From NCBI GenBank assembly GCA_031416315.1, contig JANOTL010000169.1, positions 19,526 to 83,525 on the forward strand: a stretch of DNA of 64,000 nucleotides, written 5' to 3'. The number at the start of each line of letters is the position of its first letter. Positions within the stretch are counted from its first letter, which is position 1. Both the position numbers and the translations under genes were made by a program. The DNA comes from Pseudomonadota bacterium (GTDB taxonomy: Bacteria > Bdellovibrionota_B > Oligoflexia > Oligoflexales > CAIYRB01). Of the stretch, positions 20,382 to 30,199 are shown piece by piece. The notes under the pieces are model-generated. The model was given only the letters and a program-made list of their open reading frames with translations. It did no database searches and was not told the DNA's origin.

Positions 20382-21197
20382 TTAGGCGGATTTCCTGTCT
20401 CGATTCGGGCGCTTATCGACCGGATGCTGCAGCTCCGGACCGAACTTCGAGACGACGTAGGTGCCGCTGCGCGGGTCGGTGTCGAGTTGGATCAGGTTCA
20501 GCTCGCGTGCCTCCTCGAGGAGCTCGCTGAAGCTGCGGAAGCCGAAGTAGGTCTCGTTGAACGCGGGACGGATGCGCTGCATCGTGTCCTTGATCATCGA
20601 GGACCAGAGGATGTCTTTCTTCTCGCGGCGCAGCGCCATGAGGGCGTCGAAGAGGAGCTGGTAGGCCTTGCGCTTGCCGCTTTCGACCTTGGCTAGGAGG
20701 TTCGCCGGGATGTGCCCGGCGCCCTCGGTCTTCAGGTCTTCGTAGTAGATGAATTCGTCGCAGTTATCGCGCAAGAGGTTCGACGTCGAGTCGACCATGC
20801 CGATGCCGACGACGTGCTTCCCGAGCTCTTTCAGCTTGGAGACGAGCGGCGAGAAGTCGCTGTCGCCGGAGACGATCACGAAGGTCGTGATGTGCTCCTT
20901 CGAGTAAGCGAGGTCCATCGCGTCGACGCAGAGGTGCATGTCGGCCGAGTTTTTCCCGGCGGCGCCGCGCTTGGGGATCTCGACCATCTCGATCGCCGCT
21001 TCGTGCAGGGCGCTGGTGTAGTTGCCGAAGCGGCTCCAGTCGCAGTAGGCCTTCTTCGCGACGACCTTGCCCTTCTCGAGAAGGCGCTTCAGCACCGGCT
21101 TGATCTCGAAGCGGTCGTCTCGGCCCTGAAAGCCCAGAGCCAGGTTCTCGAAGTCGATGAAGACCGCGATCGATCTCTGATCTTTAGGTGCTGCCAT
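20382..21197 (-). CDS. NYN domain protein (LabA/DUF88) with C-terminal OST-HTH
   Basis: IDFENL, GKNSAD, VSGDSDF, FNETYFGFRSFSELLE. Confidence 0.9.
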   Translation of the reverse strand: MAAPKDQRSIAVFIDFENLALGFQGRDDRFEIKPVLKRLLEKGKVVAKKAYCDWSRFGNYTSALHEAAIEMVEIPKRGAAGKNSADMHLCVDAMDLAYSKEHITTFVIVSGDSDFSPLVSKLKELGKHVVGIGMVDSTSNLLRDNCDEFIYYEDLKTEGAGHIPANLLAKVESGKRKAYQLLFDALMALRREKKDILWSSMIKDTMQRIRPAFNETYFGFRSFSELLEEARELNLIQLDTDPRSGTYVVSKFGPELQHPVDKRPNRDRKSA

Positions 21198-21207
21198 GGG
21201 GAGACCC

Positions 21208-22461
21208 TCAGGAGGCTTTCTGGACTAAGATGCCGCCCAGGTACGTGACTTGGTGCATGGTGCCGAGGCCTTCCACACGGGAGAAGCTGGGCTTTCTGCC
21301 GCGCTTCGACGAGCGGAACTGGGCGACGGCGTCGATCAGCTCGCGCGGCCTCGGCTGGCCCGGCTCGCGCGGCGTCTCGCGCTTCTCGTTCGGATGCGCG
21401 GCGGTGCGCAGCTGATCGAGGAGCTCACGGAACGGCTTCCTGATGTCCGGCTCCGCCATGATCGTGTCCATGATCTCGCGGCAAAAAGGCTCCGCGTCGA
21501 ACTTCAGCATGGCCGTCAGGAACTCGCGGCCGAGTTGCTTGTGGTTCACGTCCGAGGCGACTTTGAGAAGTGCCGCGAGGTGCTGCATGAAGGTTTTGCG
21601 CGCCTCGACGAAGTCGCCTTCGATGACGTTCAGCTGGTCCGCAAAAGCCTGCACGAAGAGGGAGAACCGCTCCGGCTGCTTCAGCATGTAGTACTTGAAG
21701 GTCTCGTGCACGATCTTCTGGCTGTGACGGTCGGCCTCGAGGACGTACGGGAGGTTCTCGAGGAGGAACTGCAGGGCCACGCCTTCGCTGCGCTTTCTGA
21801 AGAGCAGGTTGAAGAGATGGTCGAGGACCGTATGGCCGAATCGGCTCATGATGCGGTTGAAGCAGAGGCGCGAGGCCGGGCCGCCGTGCTCGGTGACGCC
21901 AAAGTAGTGCAGAAGCGAGAGGCGAATGCAGCTGGAGTTGGTGTTCGAAACCGAGAGGAGATAGGTGGCGATGTGGTCGAGCAGCGCGATGCCGCGCGGG
22001 AACTCGCCAGGATACGCGTGCAGATACTCTTGGATCGAGATGCCGAGCTCGCAGATGAGCGCGACCGCCATCTCGAAAATGTCGCCATCGTGGCTATTCT
22101 CGGCGATCTCGCTGGTGAGCGCGATCTCTACGAGGGTCCAACAGGCGTTCTCGCACGAAGGCTGGCTGAACAGCTCCTCGAGGAAGGCATAGAGGAGCTT
22201 CTCGCTCGCGGCGTTCGCGAGCCAGATCATGACGCTCTCGACCAGGATCTCGGCTTGCAGCCGGTTCTGGCAACGCTCGCCCAAGCGGCTCGCGAAATGA
22301 CGGACGATCTTCTCTTCGTCTTCCGGGGTGAAGGTGCGACGAAGCGTGCGCATGTCACGCCACTTCAGGAGGACGCCCAGGTCGACCAGCGCGACGGCTT
22401 GATCAACGGACCGGGTGCCCTTCCAACTCGTAGGGCTCTGTGTAGCGCCTAGCATTTGCAT
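21208..22461 (-). CDS. Helical hypothetical protein
   Basis: 417-aa ORF with host-like codon use, 7 bp downstream of the PilZ gene; basic KRGRKP near the C-terminus. Confidence 0.65.
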   Translation of the reverse strand: MQMLGATQSPTSWKGTRSVDQAVALVDLGVLLKWRDMRTLRRTFTPEDEEKIVRHFASRLGERCQNRLQAEILVESVMIWLANAASEKLLYAFLEELFSQPSCENACWTLVEIALTSEIAENSHDGDIFEMAVALICELGISIQEYLHAYPGEFPRGIALLDHIATYLLSVSNTNSSCIRLSLLHYFGVTEHGGPASRLCFNRIMSRFGHTVLDHLFNLLFRKRSEGVALQFLLENLPYVLEADRHSQKIVHETFKYYMLKQPERFSLFVQAFADQLNVIEGDFVEARKTFMQHLAALLKVASDVNHKQLGREFLTAMLKFDAEPFCREIMDTIMAEPDIRKPFRELLDQLRTAAHPNEKRETPREPGQPRPRELIDAVAQFRSSKRGRKPSFSRVEGLGTMHQVTYLGGILVQKAS

Positions 22462-22468
22462 CTAAGGA

Positions 22469-23074
22469 TTACCTCGCCGCTTTCTGCGGTTGGCGGTTTT
22501 GTTCGTCGACGGCCTTTTGGATCTCGCGCGACATGCCGTCGTCGAGGTCTTCGAAGCGCAGGCCGTAGCCCACCGGAAAACGCGGGTCGGAGTTGTAGCG
22601 CATGACTTGCGCGACGACGTTGAAAGGCTTCGTGAACGCGTCGGCGCGCACGGAGAGCTTCAGCCTTTCGCCGACGGTGAAGAGCTGGTCCTTGGTCTCG
22701 ACGAAAATCCCCGTGGAGGAGATGTTGACGCCGCCGCCAATGACGAGCTGGCCGTTGTTATGAACGATGACCCTGCCCTGAATCGTGGCGCGCGGCGCCG
22801 CCGCGCGACGCTCCGACTCCTTGACGGTGACGGGTGCGACGCCGCCAGGGGCGGTCGTTCCGGGGGCGGCGGGCGGCATGGTCGAGCGCTTGTTCTCGAT
22901 GCCGAGCTCTTCCCAGCACTCCTCGATCGGACGCCAGTCCTTCCAACCGACCTTGAACAGGTAGGCATCTTGCGGGATCATTTTACTGTCCACCATCTGC
23001 GTGATCTGCGCGACGGCGAACGCTCCCAACGTTTGTCCGTTCTGGTGGACGTACCAGGTCTGCTCGGTACTCAT
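22469..23074 (-). CDS. GYF_2 (DUF4339)-PilZ domain protein
   Basis: WYVHQNGQTLGAF..FKVGWKDW; ERRAAPR (RxxxR) and NISSTG (D/NxSxxG) c-di-GMP motifs. Confidence 0.88.
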   Translation of the reverse strand: MSTEQTWYVHQNGQTLGAFAVAQITQMVDSKMIPQDAYLFKVGWKDWRPIEECWEELGIENKRSTMPPAAPGTTAPGGVAPVTVKESERRAAAPRATIQGRVIVHNNGQLVIGGGVNISSTGIFVETKDQLFTVGERLKLSVRADAFTKPFNVVAQVMRYNSDPRFPVGYGLRFEDLDDGMSREIQKAVDEQNRQPQKAAR

Positions 23075-23140
23075 GACAAGAAAGCCCCCTATTGTCCGCG
23101 CTTCTCAACACTTCCAGTGCATCCATTGGATCCAGTGTCT

Positions 23141-23168
23141 AGATCGGCCCGAAGTGAGAAGTGCTTTA
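23141..23168 (-). promoter_or_regulatory. Sigma-28 (FliA)-type promoter for the PilZ operon
   Basis: TAAA-N16-GCCGATCT. Confidence 0.65.
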
Positions 23169-23202
23169 GAAAACCGACAAATTAAAAATAATTTCCTGGT
23201 TC

Positions 23203-23215
23203 TTTCAGTTGGTTA
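23203..23215 (+). promoter_or_regulatory. Candidate IHF site
   Basis: TTTCAGTTGGTTA, one mismatch to WATCARNNNNTTR, preceded by an A/T tract. Confidence 0.35.
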
Positions 23216-23236
23216 TAAGAACGAATGGAGTGAGCT

Positions 23237-23815
23237 ATGCCGGCACGCGTTTGGTGGCTGCGTTCGATTGGGGCCGCGGCGCTCGTCGTGGGGCTCTCGG
23301 CTACGGCGCTCGGTAAAGGCCTAGAAGTCCTGCCGATTGGCCAGGAGCCGTCGAAGGCCGACTGGCGTTACTTCTTGAAAGCGCCCGAAGGCGACCGCGA
23401 GAAGCTCTGGAAGTACCACCTGGCCGCCGGACGGACGCTCGCCAGCTGGTCCTGGGGCTGGCGGCTGGGCTGGGTGCGGGCCTGCGGCGAGAGCAAAGCG
23501 CGGTATTGTCGCACAGTGCTCGAGCAGGCCCTCGTCGACAAGGCCCTCGTGGTGCGCGCGGAGGCAGCGACGCGGCTCGGCCGCCTGTACGAAGGCACAG
23601 AGGACGCAAAGGTCGTCGCCATGCTCGCCGACGAGTACCGCGACGCACGCAACTTCCGCCGCGGCGCGCCGCTCTTCGTCACCGAGCGCCTCCTCTTCGC
23701 CTTGCAACAGGTCGGCGGCGAGCAAGCGCTCAAGGCAGGCGATCGCCTCGCGGCGAGCCACAAGCAGTCGAAGGCCTATTGGGCGAAGCTGAAGGCGGCT
23801 ACGAGCCCCCGGTAG
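23237..23815 (+). CDS. Exported HEAT-repeat-like protein
   Basis: Signal peptide; ALVDKALVVRAEAATRLG; GGAG RBS. Confidence 0.6.
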   Translation: MPARVWWLRSIGAAALVVGLSATALGKGLEVLPIGQEPSKADWRYFLKAPEGDREKLWKYHLAAGRTLASWSWGWRLGWVRACGESKARYCRTVLEQALVDKALVVRAEAATRLGRLYEGTEDAKVVAMLADEYRDARNFRRGAPLFVTERLLFALQQVGGEQALKAGDRLAASHKQSKAYWAKLKAATSPR

Positions 23816-24599
23816 GCGTCTGGGACTTGAAGCTCTTGCCGGGTGGCGGCGTCGAGAAGCGCGCGACGATCGCCTCGGGCACGAGGCGCGAAAGCTTGAT
23901 GAGCCAGTAGAGGCGACGTGGGAAATTGAAGACCGCTGCGCCACGGGCGATGGCGCCGAGGATGCGCTCGGCGCCGCGGTCCGTCTCCATGAGAAAGGGC
24001 ATCGGCATCTGGTTCTTCGCCGTGATCTCCGACTTGATGAAGCCAGGGCAGATCGTGGTGACGCCGATGCCACGAGAGCGGAGCTCCAGGCGGAGGCCTT
24101 CGAGCTGGGAGTTGACCGCGGCCTTCGACGCGCAATAGGCGTGCGTTTCGGGAAACGAGCGGTAGGCTGCGAGGCTCGAGATGCCGACAAGGCGGCCTCG
24201 TTGACGTTGGACCATGCCGGGAATGACGGCCTCGAACGCGTTGAGGACGCCGAAGACGTTCGTGCGATAGATCGCCTCGGCACGCGCGGCGTCCAACTTG
24301 TGGGCCCGGACCACGTCGGCGACGCCAGCGTTGGCGATCATCACGTCACAGGGGCCCAGAGCCTCCTCGAGGGCCTTGACGGCGCTGCGGAGGGCCTCGC
24401 GATCGACGACGTCGGCAGTCTGGCACGAGGCCTTGCCGCCGGCGGCTTCGATCTCCGCCTGGAGCGCCGCGATCTTGTCCGCGCGCCGTGCCACAAGGCC
24501 GACCTTCGCCCCCGCACGCGCGAGTTGGAGCGCCATGGCGCGCCCGATGCCGCTCGATGCGCCCGTGATGATGACGACCTGGTTGGTAAAGCGATGCAT
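23799..24599 (-). CDS. SDR family oxidoreductase
   Basis: TGASSGIG, IANAG, YCASK, CPGFI. Confidence 0.9.
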   Translation of the reverse strand: MHRFTNQVVIITGASSGIGRAMALQLARAGAKVGLVARRADKIAALQAEIEAAGGKASCQTADVVDREALRSAVKALEEALGPCDVMIANAGVADVVRAHKLDAARAEAIYRTNVFGVLNAFEAVIPGMVQRQRGRLVGISSLAAYRSFPETHAYCASKAAVNSQLEGLRLELRSRGIGVTTICPGFIKSEITAKNQMPMPFLMETDRGAERILGAIARGAAVFNFPRRLYWLIKLSRLVPEAIVARFSTPPPGKSFKSQTPTGGS

Positions 24600-24696
24600 T
24601 TACCGGGCTCCCCGATGGGTAATGATGCGTATTTCCGGACCGCGCCGGAGACCCTACGCTGATAGGTACCGAAAAGATACACCGAGGAGCGCGCAC

Positions 24697-25356
24697 GTGA
24701 GTTCTGGAATCGTGATCGTCGATACGGACCGCGCGGCCTATGCGGGCTTGGTCGAGGCGCTCGAGCGCGGCGGCCGGACCGTGCGCTTCAGCGAGTTGGG
24801 CGAGGACGGCACGGCCGCGCTCGCCATCATCGATTTCGAGACGCGGGTGACCGAGCCGGCCATACCCTTTGTCGCCGTGGCGGCAAACGACAACGCGCAG
24901 GCGATCCGTGCAGCATTCGCTCGCGGCGCGTTGGACGTGTTCGTGAAGCCGTTTTCGGCGAACGAGGTGGCGTTCAAGCTCGAGCGCCTCTTGACCTCGC
25001 GCGCCGCGCTGACGACCTCGACGATCCTGCAGGTGCTGCCGCGCGGCGAGACCCCGACCAATCTCGTCGTCAACGACGTAGCGCTGTCGATCGGCATCGG
25101 CGAGCGGACGCCCGTCGTTTTGACGCCACGCGAGTACCAGATCTTGCGGCTTCTTTACGATGCTCCGGGATACTCGGTGACCCGGCCTTCCGTGTTCGTC
25201 GCCGTTTGGTCGGGCGTCAAAGTCTGCCAGAAGGTGCTCGACGTGCACGTCTCGAAGCTCAGGAAGAAGCTAAAGCCGCTGGGCCTGACGATCACGTTCG
25301 TTCGCCCGAACAACTATGTCCTCGTGCTGGATCCCGCGGCTGCCGTCGCGGCTTGA
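24697..25356 (+). CDS. OmpR-family response regulator with atypical receiver
   Basis: IIDF, GALDVFVKPF, LTPREYQIL, LDVHVSKLRKKL; GAGGAG RBS before GTG 24697. Confidence 0.8.
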   Translation: MSSGIVIVDTDRAAYAGLVEALERGGRTVRFSELGEDGTAALAIIDFETRVTEPAIPFVAVAANDNAQAIRAAFARGALDVFVKPFSANEVAFKLERLLTSRAALTTSTILQVLPRGETPTNLVVNDVALSIGIGERTPVVLTPREYQILRLLYDAPGYSVTRPSVFVAVWSGVKVCQKVLDVHVSKLRKKLKPLGLTITFVRPNNYVLVLDPAAAVAA

Positions 25357-25372
25357 TCTTTAGAGAGTCGCG

Positions 25373-25801
25373 ATGTTCAGCTTGGTCTATGCAAGCAAAG
25401 CCGCCGAAGCCGTGACCTTGGAAACCGCTCGGGCCATTTGGGAGACGGCGAGCCGAGAAAACCAGACGCTCGGGATCTCCGGGGTCCTGTTCTTCAATGC
25501 TCATTATTTCATCCAATGCATCGAAGGGGATCGCGAGGTCGTCAACAAGCTCTACAACAAAATCAGCCGGGATCGTCGCCACCTCAATCCCGTGATCCTC
25601 AGCTACGGCCCGATCCCCGTGCGAAACTTCGCCGCCTGGGCGATGGGCCTCTTCACGTCGAAGCAAGTCAACCGCGTCGTTCTGCTCAAATATGGCCTGC
25701 CGGACGAGTTCGTGCCCTCCGCCTTGGACGGCGAAAGTTGCTTGGCGTTCTTGAAAGAGGCGTTCGAGCTGATCCCAACGAGCGTGGCGGCGGGGGCTTA
25801 G
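25373..25801 (+). CDS. BLUF-domain blue-light photoreceptor (stand-alone)
   Basis: LVYAS, ASREN..GISGVL, FIQCIEG, KI..D.RH, RNF..WAM; the essential Tyr, Gln and Met are present. Confidence 0.9.
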   Translation: MFSLVYASKAAEAVTLETARAIWETASRENQTLGISGVLFFNAHYFIQCIEGDREVVNKLYNKISRDRRHLNPVILSYGPIPVRNFAAWAMGLFTSKQVNRVVLLKYGLPDEFVPSALDGESCLAFLKEAFELIPTSVAAGA

Positions 25802-25921
25802 GCAAATGGGAACTCTAAGCGCCCGTGAGATTCGGACGTGCTGGTCCGAGGCAACCCGCCGAAGAAACTGGAGGAATTCCAGGTTCTGATCGCCGGTCAG
25901 CCGTGGTAATAGACGCTGTCC

Positions 25922-25998
25922 GATCCCATAGCTCAACTGGATAGAGCACTGGATTTCTAATCCAGCGGTTTCAGGTTCAAGCCCTGATGGGGTCGCCA
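25922..25998 (+). tRNA. tRNA-Arg (anticodon UCU)
   Basis: Cloverleaf: acceptor GATCCCA/TGGGGTC, anticodon arm CTGGA-TTTCTAA-TCCAG, TTCAA T-loop, encoded CCA. Confidence 0.95.
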
Positions 25999-26004
25999 CT
26001 CCCT

Positions 26005-28479
26005 CTAGCGCAGCTTCGCCGCGAGGAATTTTTCCGTGCGCACGGCCTTCTCGTGCGGGTCGACGAAGCTGAGCAGAGTTTCCAAGACTAGGGCCTGGTG
26101 GTTGAAGCGCTCCAGGTTGTGTCGCGGCGTCGCGTACTCTAGATAGCGGTTCGCGTCGGTGTTGAGGCGCGTGACCGTCGCCGCCAGGCGCGTGACGTCG
26201 GCTTCGTCGAGGAGAAGGCTCTCGCTCAGATTCTCGAGGGTGACGCCGCGCAAGCGCTCGAGGACCCCGAGAAGGGACCTCATGCGCGGCTCGGCCGCGA
26301 GCTGTTTCTTAACGGCTGGCGTGATCGCGTGCGACGCCTCGCTCGCGATGATCAAGCCTTGCGAATTGAGCACCCAGAGCGTCGCCGTCGGAAACTCGGC
26401 GCGTACGGTGGCGAGCACGCTCGCGACTTCTTCCGGCGCCGCGTGATGAAACTGCACCCATTGCTGCAGCACGCCGCCGGGCGCCAGCCGCTGGCGTGCC
26501 ATGCGGTAAAACTCGCGGGAGTAGAGGTTGGCGGCGCCGGCGAACCAGATCGAGGTGAGCTCGATCGAGATCACGTCGAAGCGCTGCTCGGTGCGCAAGA
26601 GGAAGTTGCGGCCGTCCTCCAGGTGGAACGCGACCTTCGGATCTTCCAGGACCTCACCGTTGATGTGGCCGAAGAATTTGCGGGCGGCATGGCCCATGCC
26701 GGGGGAGATGTCGGCGATGTCGACGTGCGCGAAGCCGGCGGAGTTGAGCACATTGGCGCTTTGGCCGGTCCCGAGGCCGATGACGAGGGCGCGGTCGCGA
26801 GCGGCGACGAGAGCGGCAGGGACGAGGCCGAAAGCGATTTGATCGGGGACCTCGCCGCTGTCGTTGCCCTGGAATTTCCCGTTCGTCAGGAGCGTGCGTG
26901 TCTCGACGCCGCGCTGCGTCTTCGTCGCAACCACCGTGGTGATGCCGCCGGCGGAGTCCTCGAACCAGCTAAGGAGGCGCGAGGCGCCCTTGAGGACGAA
27001 GGCCGGACGGAAGTAAACGTTGACGCCGGACGTCAGCGCCAGGCGGTCCCAACGCGGCGCGAAGATCGCCACCAAGACGAGGGCTACGCCGGCCGCAGCG
27101 AAGGCGGGCAAGAGCCAGCGCCGGACGGCGTCGCGACACGCGCGGCTCGCGAGGAGCGGCAAGGCAAGAAGGCCAGGCGCGACCGCTAGCGCCCGCAGGC
27201 TCGGCTCGGAGCCGACGACGGGCAGGAGAAAAAAGCCCGCGACGAGCGCGCCCAGGATGGAGCCGCCGGCGTTGACGGCAGCGAGCACGCCGGCGGCGCG
27301 CGAAGCGTCGGCCGTCGGAAAGAGGCGCGATTTGAACAAGGACGGATAGATCAGGCCCAGGACGACGCTCGGCACGAAGACGAGTCCCAAGGCGATCTGG
27401 AAACGGACGAGCTCGCCGCCCGCGAAGGTAACGGCGTCGGATCCGAGCGCGAGGAGCCATCGACCGGCCTGATCCCACAAGGTGCCAAACGCGAGCGTGA
27501 CGGCGGAAGCCAAAGCGGCGAACGCCGGGAGCATCCAGGCGGGCTGCGCTTTCCTGCGCGGGGAGACCAGCGAGACGAGGGCGCCGCCGGCGAAAAGCCC
27601 GAGAAGGACGAGCGTGAGCATCATCGCGAAGGCGTAGACGGACATGCCGAGCGTCGCCCCGATCAGATGAATCCAAAGGACCTCGAGGGCGAAGATGACG
27701 AAGCCGGAAATGATGGCCATCGTTGCGAGGAGAGAGAAGCCTTCGTGGGAGAAGAGGGTCGAGAGCGGGGCGTGCGGAGCGCGCGGGGCAGGCGTCGTCG
27801 CGGGTGCCCCTACTGCCGCCGTCACCGGTGACCCCGCCAAGCGCGCGAGGCCCAGCGCCGCTGCCACGACCATGGCTTGCATTCCAGCAACCGCCAACAG
27901 CGCGCCCGTCATCCCCAAGATCGGAAACGCGAAATAGGGCCCGACGAACGCCGCCGCGGCCGCGCCGAGCAAGTTGGCGGCGTAGATGCGCGCCATGGCA
28001 GTGCCGAGACGGTCCTTCGCGCCTTCGCCCCGCTTCGCGCCCAACTTTTCGAGGGCTGAGACCACCGCCGGATACGTTGCGCCCATCGCCACCGTCGGCG
28101 GCAGGATCCAGAGCGCCGCGACGAAGATCCGGACGACGAAGACCGCGGCGCCATTCTCCCCCGCGAGCTGCACCATCCAGGTCGAGGCGGCCTGCGTCTC
28201 GGCGAAGAAGACGCCGAGGAGGAGCGCCGCGACGCCGACGACGGCCTCCAGCGCCGCATACAAGGCGAGCGGGCTCCGGAATCTCCGCGCCAACCGCGCG
28301 TAAAAGAGACCACCCAGGCTCAGCCCGCCGAAGTATACGGCAAGGACGATTGCCCCTGCCTGCGTCGAAGAGCCGACGACCGTCGAAAGCAGCTTCTCGA
28401 AGGCTTGCTCCACGATCAGAGCCGAGGCCCCAGTGACGACGAAGACGACGCCCAACGCCAGCGCGACGGCGGGAACCAT
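26005..28479 (-). CDS. Fused membrane domain / spermidine synthase-like SAM-dependent transferase
   Basis: About 12-13 TM segments, then LLTNGKFQG, VIGLGTG, EDGRNFL, LYSREFY, GGVLQQW. Confidence 0.85.
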   Translation of the reverse strand: MVPAVALALGVVFVVTGASALIVEQAFEKLLSTVVGSSTQAGAIVLAVYFGGLSLGGLFYARLARRFRSPLALYAALEAVVGVAALLLGVFFAETQAASTWMVQLAGENGAAVFVVRIFVAALWILPPTVAMGATYPAVVSALEKLGAKRGEGAKDRLGTAMARIYAANLLGAAAAAFVGPYFAFPILGMTGALLAVAGMQAMVVAAALGLARLAGSPVTAAVGAPATTPAPRAPHAPLSTLFSHEGFSLLATMAIISGFVIFALEVLWIHLIGATLGMSVYAFAMMLTLVLLGLFAGGALVSLVSPRRKAQPAWMLPAFAALASAVTLAFGTLWDQAGRWLLALGSDAVTFAGGELVRFQIALGLVFVPSVVLGLIYPSLFKSRLFPTADASRAAGVLAAVNAGGSILGALVAGFFLLPVVGSEPSLRALAVAPGLLALPLLASRACRDAVRRWLLPAFAAAGVALVLVAIFAPRWDRLALTSGVNVYFRPAFVLKGASRLLSWFEDSAGGITTVVATKTQRGVETRTLLTNGKFQGNDSGEVPDQIAFGLVPAALVAARDRALVIGLGTGQSANVLNSAGFAHVDIADISPGMGHAARKFFGHINGEVLEDPKVAFHLEDGRNFLLRTEQRFDVISIELTSIWFAGAANLYSREFYRMARQRLAPGGVLQQWVQFHHAAPEEVASVLATVRAEFPTATLWVLNSQGLIIASEASHAITPAVKKQLAAEPRMRSLLGVLERLRGVTLENLSESLLLDEADVTRLAATVTRLNTDANRYLEYATPRHNLERFNHQALVLETLLSFVDPHEKAVRTEKFLAAKLR

Positions 28480-28543
28480 GTGGGGCCTCCTGCAAGAGCC
28501 CCTCAGATTAGCAGATTTTGGCCGCGGAGAGGAACGAGGGACG

Positions 28544-30190
28544 TCAGCCGCGCTTCAACTTTATGAAGCGCCCCTGGTCGTCTGACAGAGCCGTGCGAGC
28601 CTGGACGCCGGCCTTTTCTTCCAGGAACTCGATGATGCCAAGACCGACGTCGCCCGTGGTGGGCTTGATGCCGTCCATCTTGCTGCCGTCCTTGCCGTAG
28701 ACGTCGCCGTCGGTGAGCGCCTTGTGGTCGCCCGCGGCGGCGAGCTCGGGCCTCGTCGCGAAGTCGTCCGGCGCGGCGAAATGATCGTCGAGCCCGCCAG
28801 CGCCCTTCGGCCCCATGACCAGCGAGAAGGAGAGCGCGCTGTCGCCCATCCCGGTATCGCGCCCGCCTTCGGCGTGGACCCAGACGATGATCTTCCGCCC
28901 GTCGGCGATCTTCTTCGCCAAGATGTTGAGACCCATCGCCAACTGGCGCATGCCCTCGATGTAGGTCAACGCACGGATCTCGCCGCCGACCGGGATGTTG
29001 ATGTTGTTGGTGGCGAAGTCGAGAGGTTGACCGTCGATATCGACCGTATTGAGGAAGAGCGAGTGGTTACGGACCGGCTTGCCCGGGAGCTCGAGGCTCC
29101 GCGCAACGTAAAGACATTGCGCGAGGAACTCGCTCTTTGCGCCGGTACCGGCGGCTGCGGTTCCGGACTGCTGGTTTCCGGCCGTAGCGACGATCGGCTG
29201 CGAGAAATCTTCGAGCGAGGCCGCGCCCTCGAGGTCGCCGAGCAAGTTGAGAAAGGCGGAGCGACTGTTGAGGAGCTCTTTGCGGAGCGCCGGCTCCTTC
29301 ATGACCAGCTCGTCCATCTGATAGATCAAAGACTGCTCGATCGTTGTCCGGTCGACGTAACTCTTGCCGACGAACTGGCGGATCTGGTTGACGTAGGCCT
29401 TGACCGGCCGGCTGTCGATCCGCGGCGACTCGGTCGCCGACTCGGTCAGCACGGCGTTCTTGTCGAGCGAGCCCTCGGCGCGGTCGTAGAAAGTCCCCAT
29501 CATGAAGCAGCTGATGCCGAGCGGGCTGTAGATGAGCTGCTTTTCCGCGGCGAAGAGCGAGATATCGGCCAAGTCCTTACGGAGCTTGAAGCTGATCAGC
29601 GCGTGGTTTTTCGTCGCATCGTGCCGGTTCAGGCCGAGATAGGCTTGGAACGCCACCTTCCCGCCGACCTCCGGCTCAAGGAGGTTCTTGACGTCGCCAG
29701 CTCCAACGCCCTTCAAGTTCGCGCCGGCCGGCGCCTTGCCGTCGGCGGTGCCGTTGATCAACATGTTGCCGAACCAGTTGTTGAACTTGAGCTTGCCGCC
29801 GAAGCGCGGGTCGGCGCAGACGGTGTCTACGCCCAAGGTTTTGAGATCGGCCGCGGCGCCGACTTTCAATGAAGGCATCGTCGTGCCAGCGCGAAAGACG
29901 AGCGGCGTGTAGACGTGATTCACAACGCGGATGTCAACTAAGATCCACGGCTCGTCGTCGGCGGCCATGGCTTGCGCGACGGCCAACGTCGCCGGGCCGC
30001 CGTGCAGCACCTCGGACATCATGTGAAAAGCGTCGAGACGATCGCCCCTGACGGCGCCCGCCAGCTCGCTTGCCCACGTTCCAAAGAGGGGGACGCCGCC
30101 GAGCTGCTCGAGGAGCGCCGCGGTGCCGATGCCGCCCGTGAGCACCTTCTTCAGGAGCTCGCGTCTATCGATAGGTCGCTTGGATCTCAT
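28544..30190 (-). CDS. Tat-exported DUF1501-like protein, divergent
   Basis: DRRELLK; SEFLAQC..VAR, LAMGL, VWVHAEGGRD (cf. SEFGR), SLVMG..G.GG. Confidence 0.6.
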   Translation of the reverse strand: MRSKRPIDRRELLKKVLTGGIGTAALLEQLGGVPLFGTWASELAGAVRGDRLDAFHMMSEVLHGGPATLAVAQAMAADDEPWILVDIRVVNHVYTPLVFRAGTTMPSLKVGAAADLKTLGVDTVCADPRFGGKLKFNNWFGNMLINGTADGKAPAGANLKGVGAGDVKNLLEPEVGGKVAFQAYLGLNRHDATKNHALISFKLRKDLADISLFAAEKQLIYSPLGISCFMMGTFYDRAEGSLDKNAVLTESATESPRIDSRPVKAYVNQIRQFVGKSYVDRTTIEQSLIYQMDELVMKEPALRKELLNSRSAFLNLLGDLEGAASLEDFSQPIVATAGNQQSGTAAAGTGAKSEFLAQCLYVARSLELPGKPVRNHSLFLNTVDIDGQPLDFATNNINIPVGGEIRALTYIEGMRQLAMGLNILAKKIADGRKIIVWVHAEGGRDTGMGDSALSFSLVMGPKGAGGLDDHFAAPDDFATRPELAAAGDHKALTDGDVYGKDGSKMDGIKPTTGDVGLGIIEFLEEKAGVQARTALSDDQGRFIKLKRG

Positions 30191-30199
30191 ACCTGCTCC

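Noticed and set aside
25292..25999. 235-aa minus-strand ORF, and ORFs 61007-61393 and 61219-61602
   Set aside because: They are antisense to tRNA and BLUF/nnrS genes; spurious
25922..26005. Island integrated at tRNA-Arg
   Set aside because: No duplicated tRNA 3' end or integrase found in the window
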